This document shows positions 23,893 to 32,513 of a stretch of DNA of 45,391 nt, one piece after another. The stretch lies in IMG/VR virus record IMGVR_UViG_3300029251_000026; one strand, given 5' to 3'. Source of the stretch: a virus. The translations under genes were made by a program, and so were the position numbers. The notes beneath the pieces are model-generated. The model was not told the DNA's origin. It saw only the letters and a program-made list of their open reading frames with translations, and ran no database searches. The first letter of the stretch is position 1; every line of letters starts with the position of its first letter.

Positions 23893-23915
23893 TGTTGTTA
23901 CCTCCTGTTATGTAT

Positions 23916-23944
23916 ATTGTACCGCTGATTCGGTGCGGTGACAA
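23916..23944 (-). promoter_or_regulatory. Internal minus-strand promoter TTGTCA-17-TACAAT
   Basis: The plus strand reads attgta (23916-23921) and tgacaa (23939-23944), with a 17-bp spacer. An A-rich tract lies upstream. Confidence 0.5.
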
Positions 23945-24018
23945 GCGTTTTTTATATCTTCCGCCGCGGGTGCGTGAGCCGGGCGGGAGAATGAGAGGGG
24001 GTGGTGAGGCTCCCATGC

Positions 24019-24288
24019 TTAACGCGTCCAGGTGGATGTGATGGAAATGATCTCGTCGTCGGTTACGTCCTCGGTGCTGTTGGTGCTGAATGTGATCTCA
24101 AGCGGCGTGTGGCGCGGTGCGATGTAGTCATCGGTGATCCACTCGTCGCCGTCCTCGGTGACGATGGTAACAATGGGCGCGTCCTGCGTGCCGGTCGGGT
24201 AGTCGATGCGGTACACCTCGCCGGATATGGTGCGGGTGGCCGGTACGATCTGCAGCAGGGCGGCGATAATGGCGATTAGCTTAGTCAT
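24019..24288 (-). CDS. Small acidic protein with N-terminal hydrophobic (signal/anchor-like) segment
   Basis: 89 aa. MTKLIAIIAALLQIVPA... followed by Asp/Glu/Thr-rich sequence. Confidence 0.55.
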   Translation of the reverse strand: MTKLIAIIAALLQIVPATRTISGEVYRIDYPTGTQDAPIVTIVTEDGDEWITDDYIAPRHTPLEITFSTNSTEDVTDDEIISITSTWTR

Positions 24289-24335
24289 GATGGTTTTCCT
24301 TTCTGCCCTCGTGACCTCCGGGGCGGGTGGTTGGG

Positions 24336-24536
24336 TTAGTGCTGTGCGTCGTAAGTGGCGAGGGCGTTTGCAAGTCCAGCTTCAAAGCGTCTTTCGTTCT
24401 CTTCGGTGGTCTTGTTCATGTCGTTCTCAAAGCCGCAGCACGCCTTGTAAAGCGGGCAGCTTTCACAGTGGGCGAATGCGTACTTGTTGCAGAACTCAGT
24501 GCAGATGTGGCGCTCGATCTCGTAGGTGTAAGTCAT
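24336..24536 (-). CDS. Small Cys-rich protein, hypothetical
   Basis: 66 aa. CTEFC...CESCPLYKACCGF. GGAGGG RBS. Confidence 0.55.
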   Translation of the reverse strand: MTYTYEIERHICTEFCNKYAFAHCESCPLYKACCGFENDMNKTTEENERRFEAGLANALATYDAQH

Positions 24537-24539
24537 GGT

Positions 24540-24767
24540 TTAACCCTCCATCCAGATGTTATAAAGCTGCTCGGCCGTGAAGTCCTTGTAGTAGCCGATG
24601 CGCATTGTGTGTTCTTCTTCTTCCTCTACCCATGTGATGTAGAGGTTGTTCTCGGTGGTCTCGGCACTTACAAAGTAGCCGTTTACATCATAGTCGATCT
24701 TGGCGTTGTCGTACCAGCGGGTGATGCAGTGCTTTAAGTAGCTGCTGAGATTGGTCGTTGCGTTCAT
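24540..24767 (-). CDS. Small acidic protein, hypothetical
   Basis: RBS aaaggaag lies 8 nt upstream of the ATG at 24767. The track ORF extends to 24827 without RBS support. Confidence 0.5.
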   Translation of the reverse strand: MNATTNLSSYLKHCITRWYDNAKIDYDVNGYFVSAETTENNLYITWVEEEEEHTMRIGYYKDFTAEQLYNIWMEG

Positions 24768-24821
24768 ATTGATTACTTCCTTTCGGTGTTTGGTGTTTTC
24801 CTTTGTTGTGATTACAGTATA

Positions 24822-24907
24822 TATCATTGCTCAATGATAAACAATAGGCAAAGTGAACATAATTGAGCAATGATATTTAGTGGAATTGTATAATTGAGCA
24901 ATGATAA
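24822..24907. promoter_or_regulatory. Triplicated operator ATTGAGCAATGATA in the divergent control region
   Basis: tatcattgctcaatgata (24822-24839, quasi-palindrome, inverted copy). ataattgagcaatgata at 24859-24875 and 24890-24906, 31 bp apart. Confidence 0.65.
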
Positions 24908-24941
24908 CGGCTGTGGTACACTATAACAGGGAGGTGATACC

Positions 24942-25124
24942 ATGGCAGTTGACCCAAACGCACGAACACGGGCGAGTAATAAGTATAACGCGAAAGCATA
25001 CGATCGGCTTAATATCGTAGTACCCAAAGGAGAACGCGAACGCATTAAGGAGTATGCAGCCAGCAAGGGCGAGAGCCTGAACAGCTACGTCTATAAGCTG
25101 ATAACGGCAGACATGGACAAGTAA
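24942..25124 (+). CDS. Ribbon-helix-helix (Arc/CopG-like) DNA-binding protein
   Basis: 60 aa. NAKAYDRLNIVVPKGERERIKEYAASKGESLNSYVYKLI is a beta-strand plus two-helix RHH pattern. GGGAGGTG RBS and its own terminator. Confidence 0.6.
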   Translation: MAVDPNARTRASNKYNAKAYDRLNIVVPKGERERIKEYAASKGESLNSYVYKLITADMDK

Positions 25125-25140
25125 CATATTGTAAGCAGAC

Positions 25141-25176
25141 AAAAGCCGCTCCAAGCAACCGGGGCGGCTTTTTTGT
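25141..25176 (+). terminator. Rho-independent terminator after the RHH gene
   Basis: aaaagccgctcc...ggggcggctttttt. Confidence 0.7.
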
Positions 25177-25203
25177 GTCTATATATAAGTAAGGGGTGAC
25201 ATT

Positions 25204-25587
25204 ATGGACAAGCTGACCGCAAAGCAGCGGGCATGGATTGATTACTACAAGCAAGGCAAGACAGCTACAGAGGCGGCACGGCTTGCCGGTTACAAGGGAA
25301 ATAATCACCACACGATAGGCGCACAAAACTTAGCAAAACTAAGCAAATACGTATCAGACCGCGACGAGCTGTTAGACCGTGCCCGTGTGGCGGATATGGC
25401 GGAGATTAACGCATTTTGGAGCGACATCATGAGAGATGATACAGCGGACATCAAGGACCGTCTGAAAGCCTCTGAGCTGCGCGCACGGAGTATCGGCGCA
25501 TTTATCGAGCGTCGGGAAATCGTAGGAGCGCAGACGATCACGGTAAAGCTGCTGGACGATGATGAGGAAATGAAAGATACAGAGTAA
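25204..25587 (+). CDS. terS: Terminase small subunit
   Basis: 127 aa. LTAKQRAWIDYYKQGKTATEAARLAGYKG...AQNL is the typical Terminase_2/P27-type N-terminal HTH. Confidence 0.75.
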   Translation: MDKLTAKQRAWIDYYKQGKTATEAARLAGYKGNNHHTIGAQNLAKLSKYVSDRDELLDRARVADMAEINAFWSDIMRDDTADIKDRLKASELRARSIGAFIERREIVGAQTITVKLLDDDEEMKDTE

Positions 25588-25588
25588 C

Positions 25589-25632
25589 GGCTTGCAGCCG
25601 CTTTCGGGCGGTGCAGGCTTATTTTTTTACCC
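25589..25632 (+). terminator. Hairpin plus T-run between terS and terL
   Basis: gcttgcagccgc-tttcgg-gcggtgcaggc followed by ttattttttt. Confidence 0.5.
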
Positions 25633-25783
25633 TGTTTTGCAAGTTCGGTTTTCATGCCTTGCAAAATAAGGCATTTTCGCGCGGATGGATACCGATTTTT
25701 CCGGGGTTTATACTTCGGAACGGGACGGAAAGCAGCGCGAATTATGCAAAACGTAACTTTTGTTCAATTCGGGAGGTGAGCAG

Positions 25784-27280
25784 GTGCAAGTAAATATCCC
25801 CAAGCGGGCATTCAATGCGGCTTACCTGCCGCTGCTCTCGGATGATGAGCACCGTTACATTGTACTGTTCGGCGGCGCGGGCTCTGGAAAAAGCGTGTTC
25901 GCGGCGCAACGGCTGACCGTGCGCATGATGAGCAAGCCGCTGTGTAACGTGCTTGTAGTGCGCAATGTAGGCGATACAAACCGAACGAGCACGTTTGCGC
26001 TGATGCAGCAGGTAATTAACAGTTGGGGCTTGCAAAGCCTGTTCGACGTTACCGACCTAAAAATTGTGTGCCGGCTGACCGGAAACGCCTGCATTTTCAA
26101 GGGGCTGGATGACTCGGAGAAGATCAAATCTGTTACCTTCCCGAATGGCGAGCTGACCGACATCTGGATAGAGGAGGCAAGCGAGATTTCGGAAGCCGAC
26201 TTTAATCAGCTTGATATCCGTCTGCGAGGCAAGAGGATACACGGACAGATTACGCTTTCGTTTAACCCGATTAACGTGCTGCACTGGCTAAAAAAGCGGT
26301 TCTTTGACCGCAAGGACGAGCGGGCGGTGACGCTCAAAACCACCTACAAGGATAACGCATGGCTTGACGAGGACTACAAGCGGACGCTTGAGGGGTACAA
26401 GGACAGCGACCCGTACTATTACCAGGTGTATTGCCTCGGGCAGTGGGGCGTTATCGGCAAGACGATCTTCGACGCGGCCAAGGTAAACGGCAGGCTGGCA
26501 GAGCTTCCGCCGGCAGAGCGGCGCGGGTACTTCGTGTACTCCACAACGTTTGATGCCCTGGCGAATCAAGTCAGGATAGACGACAAGAGCATTAAGTGGG
26601 TGGACGCTGACGACGGCTATATCTCCATCTATCAGGACAGGCGCGAGGGCGTGCCGTATGTGATCGGCGGGGATACGTCCGGCGAGGGCTCAGACTGGTT
26701 TGTCGGTCAGGTGCTCGACAACACCAACGGGCGGCAGGTCTGCACGCTTAGACACCAGTTTGACGAGGATGTATACGCTGCACAGATGTATTGTCTCGGT
26801 ATCTACTACAATACCGCGCTGATTGCGATAGAGGCCAATTACAGCAGCTACCCCATCAAGGAGCTGCAACGGCTGCGGTATCCGCGGCAGTATGTCCGGC
26901 AGACCGAGGACAACTACACCCACAGACCCCGCGACAGCTACGGCTTCAAAACCACAAGCGTCACCCGTCCGGTTATTATTGCCGGACTGGTTGAGGTGGT
27001 GCGCGAGAGTGTAGAGCTGCTGAACGATGCGGACACGCTGGGCGAAATGCTGACGTTTGTCCGCAACGAGAAGGGCAGAGCAGAGGCGGAACAGGGCGCA
27101 CACGATGACTGCGTTATGGCGCTGGCTATCGCCTACTATGCACGCACACAGCAGAGCTGCACCGAGGACAAGCCACGAGGCAAGCGGGCGAAGTGGACGG
27201 ATGATATGTACGAGGATTACTACAACGCCGACAAGAGCGGACAGGAGTATCTATTGTCTAAATGGGGCAACCCGTTTTGA
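25784..27280 (+). CDS. terL: Terminase large subunit (PBSX/Terminase_3-like)
   Basis: GTG start 5 nt after gggaggtga. Walker A is LFGGAGSGKS. The nuclease half ends ...GAHDDCVMALAIAYY. Confidence 0.9.
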   Translation: MQVNIPKRAFNAAYLPLLSDDEHRYIVLFGGAGSGKSVFAAQRLTVRMMSKPLCNVLVVRNVGDTNRTSTFALMQQVINSWGLQSLFDVTDLKIVCRLTGNACIFKGLDDSEKIKSVTFPNGELTDIWIEEASEISEADFNQLDIRLRGKRIHGQITLSFNPINVLHWLKKRFFDRKDERAVTLKTTYKDNAWLDEDYKRTLEGYKDSDPYYYQVYCLGQWGVIGKTIFDAAKVNGRLAELPPAERRGYFVYSTTFDALANQVRIDDKSIKWVDADDGYISIYQDRREGVPYVIGGDTSGEGSDWFVGQVLDNTNGRQVCTLRHQFDEDVYAAQMYCLGIYYNTALIAIEANYSSYPIKELQRLRYPRQYVRQTEDNYTHRPRDSYGFKTTSVTRPVIIAGLVEVVRESVELLNDADTLGEMLTFVRNEKGRAEAEQGAHDDCVMALAIAYYARTQQSCTEDKPRGKRAKWTDDMYEDYYNADKSGQEYLLSKWGNPF

Positions 27281-27295
27281 AAATGAGGTGATAAA

Positions 27296-29236
27296 ATGCA
27301 AAATCCGTTTGATAAAACGGGCAAGAGCGACGAGGCGATTTTGAAGAAGTGGCAGGACAGGCTGAGCAAGGCGAGGAGCCGGTATCAGGACGAGCTTAAT
27401 CTGATGGTCGAGCGGGAAGAAATCTACCGGGGAACACACAAGATCGACAAGGTGCACGGCAAGAACCAGAAAACGCAAGATGCAGTAGTGGCGCGGAACG
27501 TGGTTGCGGAAATCATCGAGGCGGAAGTATCGAGCGATATTCCAACGCCCAAGGTTACGCCGCGGCACGAGGAGGACGAGCAGCTCGCAAAGACGATTGA
27601 GGATTACATCCGAAACGAGCTTGACAGATTACCCTTTGAGCGGCTGAACGATCAGGACGAGCGAACCACGCCGACGCACGGCGGCGATTTGTTCCTTGTG
27701 GAATGGGACAACACCAAGCGGACGCACACCACGCGCGGCGCGCTGAGTGTTACGCTGCTGCATCCGAAACAGTTTATTCCGCAGCCGGGCGTTTACAGTA
27801 TCCCGGAGATGGATTACTTCTTCATTCAGCTGGCACAGTCGAAAGAGTACATCAAGAAGAAGTACAACAAGGACGTTTCCGACGAGGACGAGGAACAGCC
27901 GGACGCACGCGGCTTTGAGCAGGGCACGGCGGACGATCTCGTTACCGAGAACATCGGATATTTCCGCAACGCTGACGGCGGCATTGGGCGCGTGGCGTGG
28001 TGCAATGACGTACTGCTGGAGTACATGGAGGACTATCAGGCGCGGCGCATTAAGACTTGCAGCAAGTGCGGCGCGGATATGCAGGGGGATACCTGCCCGT
28101 ACTGCGGGAGCAAGAGCGGCGAACAGAAAACCGTCAAGGACTTCGCGCGGACGGATGAAAACGGCATCCCGATGACGAAGATCGTGGATAAAGTGCAGCT
28201 TGACGAGATGGGCAACCCAACCGTTACACAGCACGAGGAAAACGACATGATTCCGTACTACAAGCCGGACGTGTATCCGGTAGTGCTGCGGCGCAATGTA
28301 AGCGTTGTCGGCAAGCTGTTAGGCTCGTCTGACGTGGACATGATACGGGATCAGCAGATGCTCATCAACAAGCTCGACAGCTCCATTTCTCAAAAGCTGC
28401 TGGGCGGCGGCTCGGTCATCACCCTGCCGAGAGGCAAGCAGATACGGCGCACGGATGAGAATTTCAAAGTGCTTGAAGTCGAGGGCCCGGAAGAAAAGGC
28501 AGTGCTCGATGTGCTTACCTTGCAGCCGGATATTTCCCGCGATATGGCGTTCGAGGACAGCACCTACACGGCAATGCGCAACCTGATCGGCATTACGGAT
28601 TCGTTCCAGGGACGCAAGGACAGCACGGCAACGAGCGGCACGGCAAAGCAGTTTGCAGCGGCGCAGACCGCCGGACGACTGGAAAGCCGCAAGGTCATGA
28701 AGAACGCCGCCTATGCGGATTTGTTCGAGGTTATGTTCAAGTTCCTGCTGGCGTACTCGGACGAGCCGCGGCCGATGGTTTACAAGGATACCAACGGCAC
28801 GCAGATGTACGGCACGTTTAACAAGATGGACTTTCTCAAAGTGGACGAGGCAGGAGAACCGTACTGGAACGATGAATTTCTGTTCAGCGTCGACCAGACC
28901 GCGCCGCTTGCGGGCAACCGTGAAAACCTCTGGCAGGAGGCGAGAATGAACCTCGAAAACGGCTGCTTTGGCGACCCGGCCGATATGCAGAGCCTATTGA
29001 CGTTCTGGACGATCATGGAGGGACTGCACTACCCGCTGGCAAGCGAGGCAAAACAGCAGCTTTCCGAGCGACTGGAACAGCAGCAACAGATGATGGCACA
29101 GCAGCAGGCAATGATGCAGCCGATGGCAACAAATGCAGACGGCATTCCCGATATTACGCAGTCCGGCTACGTCAGCCCGGAGACAATGCCCGCATATCAG
29201 GAGGGAGGCGGCAGTTATGGTATGTCCGGTATGTAA
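27296..29236 (+). CDS. Portal protein (with an internal zinc-ribbon insertion)
   Basis: 646 aa immediately after terL. Gln/Met-rich C-terminus. CSKCGADMQGDTCPYCG at 28058-28108. Confidence 0.7.
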   Translation: MQNPFDKTGKSDEAILKKWQDRLSKARSRYQDELNLMVEREEIYRGTHKIDKVHGKNQKTQDAVVARNVVAEIIEAEVSSDIPTPKVTPRHEEDEQLAKTIEDYIRNELDRLPFERLNDQDERTTPTHGGDLFLVEWDNTKRTHTTRGALSVTLLHPKQFIPQPGVYSIPEMDYFFIQLAQSKEYIKKKYNKDVSDEDEEQPDARGFEQGTADDLVTENIGYFRNADGGIGRVAWCNDVLLEYMEDYQARRIKTCSKCGADMQGDTCPYCGSKSGEQKTVKDFARTDENGIPMTKIVDKVQLDEMGNPTVTQHEENDMIPYYKPDVYPVVLRRNVSVVGKLLGSSDVDMIRDQQMLINKLDSSISQKLLGGGSVITLPRGKQIRRTDENFKVLEVEGPEEKAVLDVLTLQPDISRDMAFEDSTYTAMRNLIGITDSFQGRKDSTATSGTAKQFAAAQTAGRLESRKVMKNAAYADLFEVMFKFLLAYSDEPRPMVYKDTNGTQMYGTFNKMDFLKVDEAGEPYWNDEFLFSVDQTAPLAGNRENLWQEARMNLENGCFGDPADMQSLLTFWTIMEGLHYPLASEAKQQLSERLEQQQQMMAQQQAMMQPMATNADGIPDITQSGYVSPETMPAYQEGGGSYGMSGM

Positions 29237-29336
29237 AATCGACACCAAGACCGACACTGTAGACGGTAAGCTCGTGCTTATCTGCAAAAATCCGCAGTGT
29301 TCAAACTATAAGCAGGTAGTAAAGGAGGTGAAATAG
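29217..29336 (+). CDS. 39-aa zinc-ribbon peptide, hypothetical
   Basis: ATG 8 nt after ggagggagg. MVCPVCKIDTKTDTVDGKLVLICKNPQCSNYKQVVKEVK. Confidence 0.4.
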   Translation: MVCPVCKIDTKTDTVDGKLVLICKNPQCSNYKQVVKEVK

Positions 29337-29337
29337 C

Positions 29338-29481
29338 ATGGCAAATAAGAGCGGTTATGCCGGTAAGATCAAGAACACCGGCAGCATGGAGGTTAAGGCA
29401 GTTTTCGCCCAGACTTCCGGCAAGAAGCCTGTCGTTAAGACCGGCGGCGATCTGCGTTCTTCCAAGAAGAGCGGCAAGTAA
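29338..29481 (+). CDS. 47-aa Lys/Gly-rich basic protein, hypothetical
   Basis: Strong RBS aaggaggtg. MANKSGYAGKIKNTGSMEVKAVFAQTSGKKPVVKTGGDLRSSKKSGK. Terminator follows. Confidence 0.5.
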   Translation: MANKSGYAGKIKNTGSMEVKAVFAQTSGKKPVVKTGGDLRSSKKSGK

Positions 29482-29499
29482 AGGGCAAATGAATAGCGG

Positions 29500-29525
29500 A
29501 ACCGTCCGAAAGGGCGGTTTTTTTA
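29500..29525 (+). terminator. Rho-independent terminator
   Basis: aaccgtcc-gaaa-gggcggtt followed by ttttttt. Confidence 0.65.
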
Positions 29526-29574
29526 TGCCCAAAATCGCACGGAACAGCGTAAAAATCCAGAAAGGAACAACCAA

Positions 29575-30390
29575 ATGGAAGAAATTATGGAAACCGAAGT
29601 GGAAACCACCGAGGCAGGCGTAAACGAGCAGGAAACCGCCGAAACTGCGTCCATCGGACCCGAGGAAACAGGCGAAAACGAGCAGCAGACCGCCGAAGCT
29701 GCACCCGAGGGAGTACAGAGTGCGGAAGATAACGCACGGTTTGCCGCTGCACGACGCAGAGCAGAAGCGCAGTTTAACGAGCGCATTCAGCAGGAGCGCC
29801 AGGCGGCAAAGGACGAGATGGTACGGCAGATGTACGAGGGTCAGCTCGACCCGTACACCAACAAGCCGATCACCTCGGAAGCTGATTTGCAGGCGTATCA
29901 GCAGGCCTATCAGCGCGACCAGATGCAGCAGGCAGGAATCGACCCGTCCATGCTCGATCAGATGATCGCAAACAACCCCACTGTACGGCAGGCACAGGAA
30001 GTGCTTGACCGTGTGCAGATGGAGGAGGGCGAGCGGCAGATGAACGAGGCAATCAAGGAGATTTCCCACCTTGACCCGTCCATCACCGACGTTGCTGCAC
30101 TGGCAAACCACCCGAACGCACCCGTTTTTAACGAGTACGTAAACCGCGGCTATTCGCTCGTTGACGCGTTCCGCCTTGCAAACTTTGACCAGCTGACCGG
30201 AAAGCGCGCAGCAGCGGCAAAGCAGCAGGCAATGAACAACGTAAACGGCAAAAGTCATCTGACCACCACAGCAGGCAATGCGGGCGGTGACGATATTGTA
30301 ATCGACCCGCAGGAAATGCAGATGATGAAGCACGCATTTCCGAATCTTACCCACGCACAGCTTGTGGCAAAGTTCAAAAAATACAAGTAA
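29575..30390 (+). CDS. Scaffolding protein
   Basis: 271 aa with an acidic N-terminus and a Gln/Glu-rich helical body. It lies between the portal and capsid genes. Confidence 0.65.
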   Translation: MEEIMETEVETTEAGVNEQETAETASIGPEETGENEQQTAEAAPEGVQSAEDNARFAAARRRAEAQFNERIQQERQAAKDEMVRQMYEGQLDPYTNKPITSEADLQAYQQAYQRDQMQQAGIDPSMLDQMIANNPTVRQAQEVLDRVQMEEGERQMNEAIKEISHLDPSITDVAALANHPNAPVFNEYVNRGYSLVDAFRLANFDQLTGKRAAAAKQQAMNNVNGKSHLTTTAGNAGGDDIVIDPQEMQMMKHAFPNLTHAQLVAKFKKYK

Positions 30391-30404
30391 AAGGAGATTT
30401 TTTC

Positions 30405-30803
30405 ATGTTTAAGATCGCATATCGCCGCGTTGCTGATGTGTCCCCGTTCGTTTACCTTCCCGGCGCGGACGGCCTGACCCTCGGCATGGCGGCTACTCTG
30501 ACTTCCGGCGCTCTGGCAAAGGGCACCGCTTCCGTCAAGCCGACCCACATTATCATGGGCCCCAAGCGCGAGGACGGCAATTACCCGGCTATCGAGGTGA
30601 ATGACAACATCGTGTTTGAGACCACTTCGACCGCTACCGTTGCGCAGACCGTTGTCGGCTCGGCTGTCACTCTGGCGGCTGATGCGCTGACCGTTACCGC
30701 AACCGCTACCAAGGGCGTTTTCAAGGTGCTGACCACCGATGGCGCTACCACCAACTCGACCGTTACCGGCGTGTTCGTTGAGCCGGCAGCGGTTGCCGCC
30801 TAA
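30405..30803 (+). CDS. Putative head decoration/accessory capsid protein
   Basis: 132 aa, Ala/Thr/Val-rich with beta-type composition. It lies between the scaffold and major capsid genes. Confidence 0.4.
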   Translation: MFKIAYRRVADVSPFVYLPGADGLTLGMAATLTSGALAKGTASVKPTHIIMGPKREDGNYPAIEVNDNIVFETTSTATVAQTVVGSAVTLAADALTVTATATKGVFKVLTTDGATTNSTVTGVFVEPAAVAA

Positions 30804-30827
30804 AAAAGAGAGGAGACAAGATAATTT

Positions 30828-31844
30828 ATGGCAGGCATTACTTTTTCTGAGGGTTCCGGCGTTGCGGATTCCTTCTTCGGCAAATCGCAGGCTCCCATCA
30901 AGGCAATTATCGAAGACCGCGTAGAGAGCTTTCAGGAGCAGAGCATGATCGACAAGGTATTCTATATGGATACCACCACCAACTACGCGGAGAAGTACAC
31001 CTCTGCAACTGCGCTCGGTGATTTTCAGGACGTTGGCGAGAACGGCGCGTATCCGCTGACCTCTGTGCAGGAGGGCTACAGCAAGATCATCGAGCCGACT
31101 ACGTGGAAGAGCCGCTTTGAGGTAACCCGCGAGCTGATCGAGGACAGCAAGTTCAATCTGGCTGAATCCCGTGCACGCAAGTTCGGTGCTTCGTACAACC
31201 GTACCCGCGAGAAGTACGCGGCGGACATGATCGCGGGCGGCGTCGGCACTTCGATCACCTTCGGCGGCAAGAAGTACGACACCACCTCCGCAGACGGCGT
31301 TTCCCTGTTCTCCAACGCGCACGGCTCGGCTACCAAGGGCTACAAGAACCAGTCCAACCGCTTCAAGTACACGGCCGGCACGGACAAGTACACCGAAATT
31401 CTGGACGCTGCACAGGAGCAGATGCAGGATATCCGCGACGATGACGGCAACCTGCTGAACATCAAGCCGGATACCATCATCATCCCGAACTCCGGCAAGC
31501 TCAAGCGCGCTCTGTTCGCGGCGATCGGCTCGGAACTCGACCCGAACAGCAACAACAACGCGTTCAACTTCCAGCTCGGTCTGTGGAACGTTCTGGTATG
31601 GAACTATCTGCCGAAGACCATCGGCGGCAAGGAGTATTTCATGCTGCTCGATTCCGACTACAACAAGGACGCTATGTGCATGCCGTGGCTCGACCGCGTA
31701 TCGCTGGCTGTCCGTTCCTCTGTGGACGAGAACACCGACGCGAACTACTGGTCCGGCCGTGCACGTTTCGGTGCAGGCTTCAACGACTGGCGTGCAATCT
31801 CCATCGTGGGCGACGCGATGACAAACGGCACTGCGCTGCTGTAA
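30828..31844 (+). CDS. Major capsid protein
   Basis: 338 aa. Strong RBS, position after the scaffold gene, and a strong terminator downstream. Confidence 0.75.
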   Translation: MAGITFSEGSGVADSFFGKSQAPIKAIIEDRVESFQEQSMIDKVFYMDTTTNYAEKYTSATALGDFQDVGENGAYPLTSVQEGYSKIIEPTTWKSRFEVTRELIEDSKFNLAESRARKFGASYNRTREKYAADMIAGGVGTSITFGGKKYDTTSADGVSLFSNAHGSATKGYKNQSNRFKYTAGTDKYTEILDAAQEQMQDIRDDDGNLLNIKPDTIIIPNSGKLKRALFAAIGSELDPNSNNNAFNFQLGLWNVLVWNYLPKTIGGKEYFMLLDSDYNKDAMCMPWLDRVSLAVRSSVDENTDANYWSGRARFGAGFNDWRAISIVGDAMTNGTALL

Positions 31845-31848
31845 ACAG

Positions 31849-31879
31849 AGGGGAGGGGGCAACCCCTCCTTTCCCTTTT
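31849..31879 (+). terminator. Rho-independent terminator after the capsid gene
   Basis: ggagggg-gcaa-cccctcc followed by tttccctttt. Confidence 0.7.
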
Positions 31880-31892
31880 AAGGAGTGATTTT

Positions 31893-32513
31893 ATGACGTG
31901 GGAGCAGATGCAAAAGGCTGCACTCGATAAGATTTTCTCACGCCTGAACTACGGCACAGAGGTTTCACTGACTTCGCCTGATGTGGCGGACTATGTGCGG
32001 GCAATGCCGCACGCGGCATGGTTTGCAATGGTAGACCTTGCCGAGGTCATGCCGATCTACAAATCCGTTGAGATTGAACTGCCGGACGATGATGCAGAAG
32101 GCTATCGGCTGTTTCATATCCGCGAGCTTGCACCGGATTTCATGCGGTTCTGCCCGGATAGACTGACGATCATGGGCGCGAACAACACGTTTATGCGCGT
32201 GAACGACTATCAGTTTGACGGCATGGACACGCTGTTTGTCCCGGCGGAGTACGTCGGTACACTTGTGATCTGGTACGAGGCATACCCGGAGAACATCGAC
32301 GAGAGCACGCCCGGCGACACGACGTTTTCTCTGCCGGAGGAAGCGCAGCGGGCGATTCCGCTTTATATCGCGGCGGAGGTGTTCAAGGAAGATGATATTT
32401 CCATGGCGACGCAGTATCTGAACGAATACGAGAACGTCAAGCAGATGCTTGCAAGCAGGAGACAGCAGACCGCAAGCGGCGGCGCGTGGCGCTCGGTTAC
32501 GGGGTGGGTGTAA
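31893..32513 (+). CDS. Putative head-tail adaptor/connector protein
   Basis: 206 aa. First gene after the capsid terminator. Confidence 0.4.
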   Translation: MTWEQMQKAALDKIFSRLNYGTEVSLTSPDVADYVRAMPHAAWFAMVDLAEVMPIYKSVEIELPDDDAEGYRLFHIRELAPDFMRFCPDRLTIMGANNTFMRVNDYQFDGMDTLFVPAEYVGTLVIWYEAYPENIDESTPGDTTFSLPEEAQRAIPLYIAAEVFKEDDISMATQYLNEYENVKQMLASRRQQTASGGAWRSVTGWV

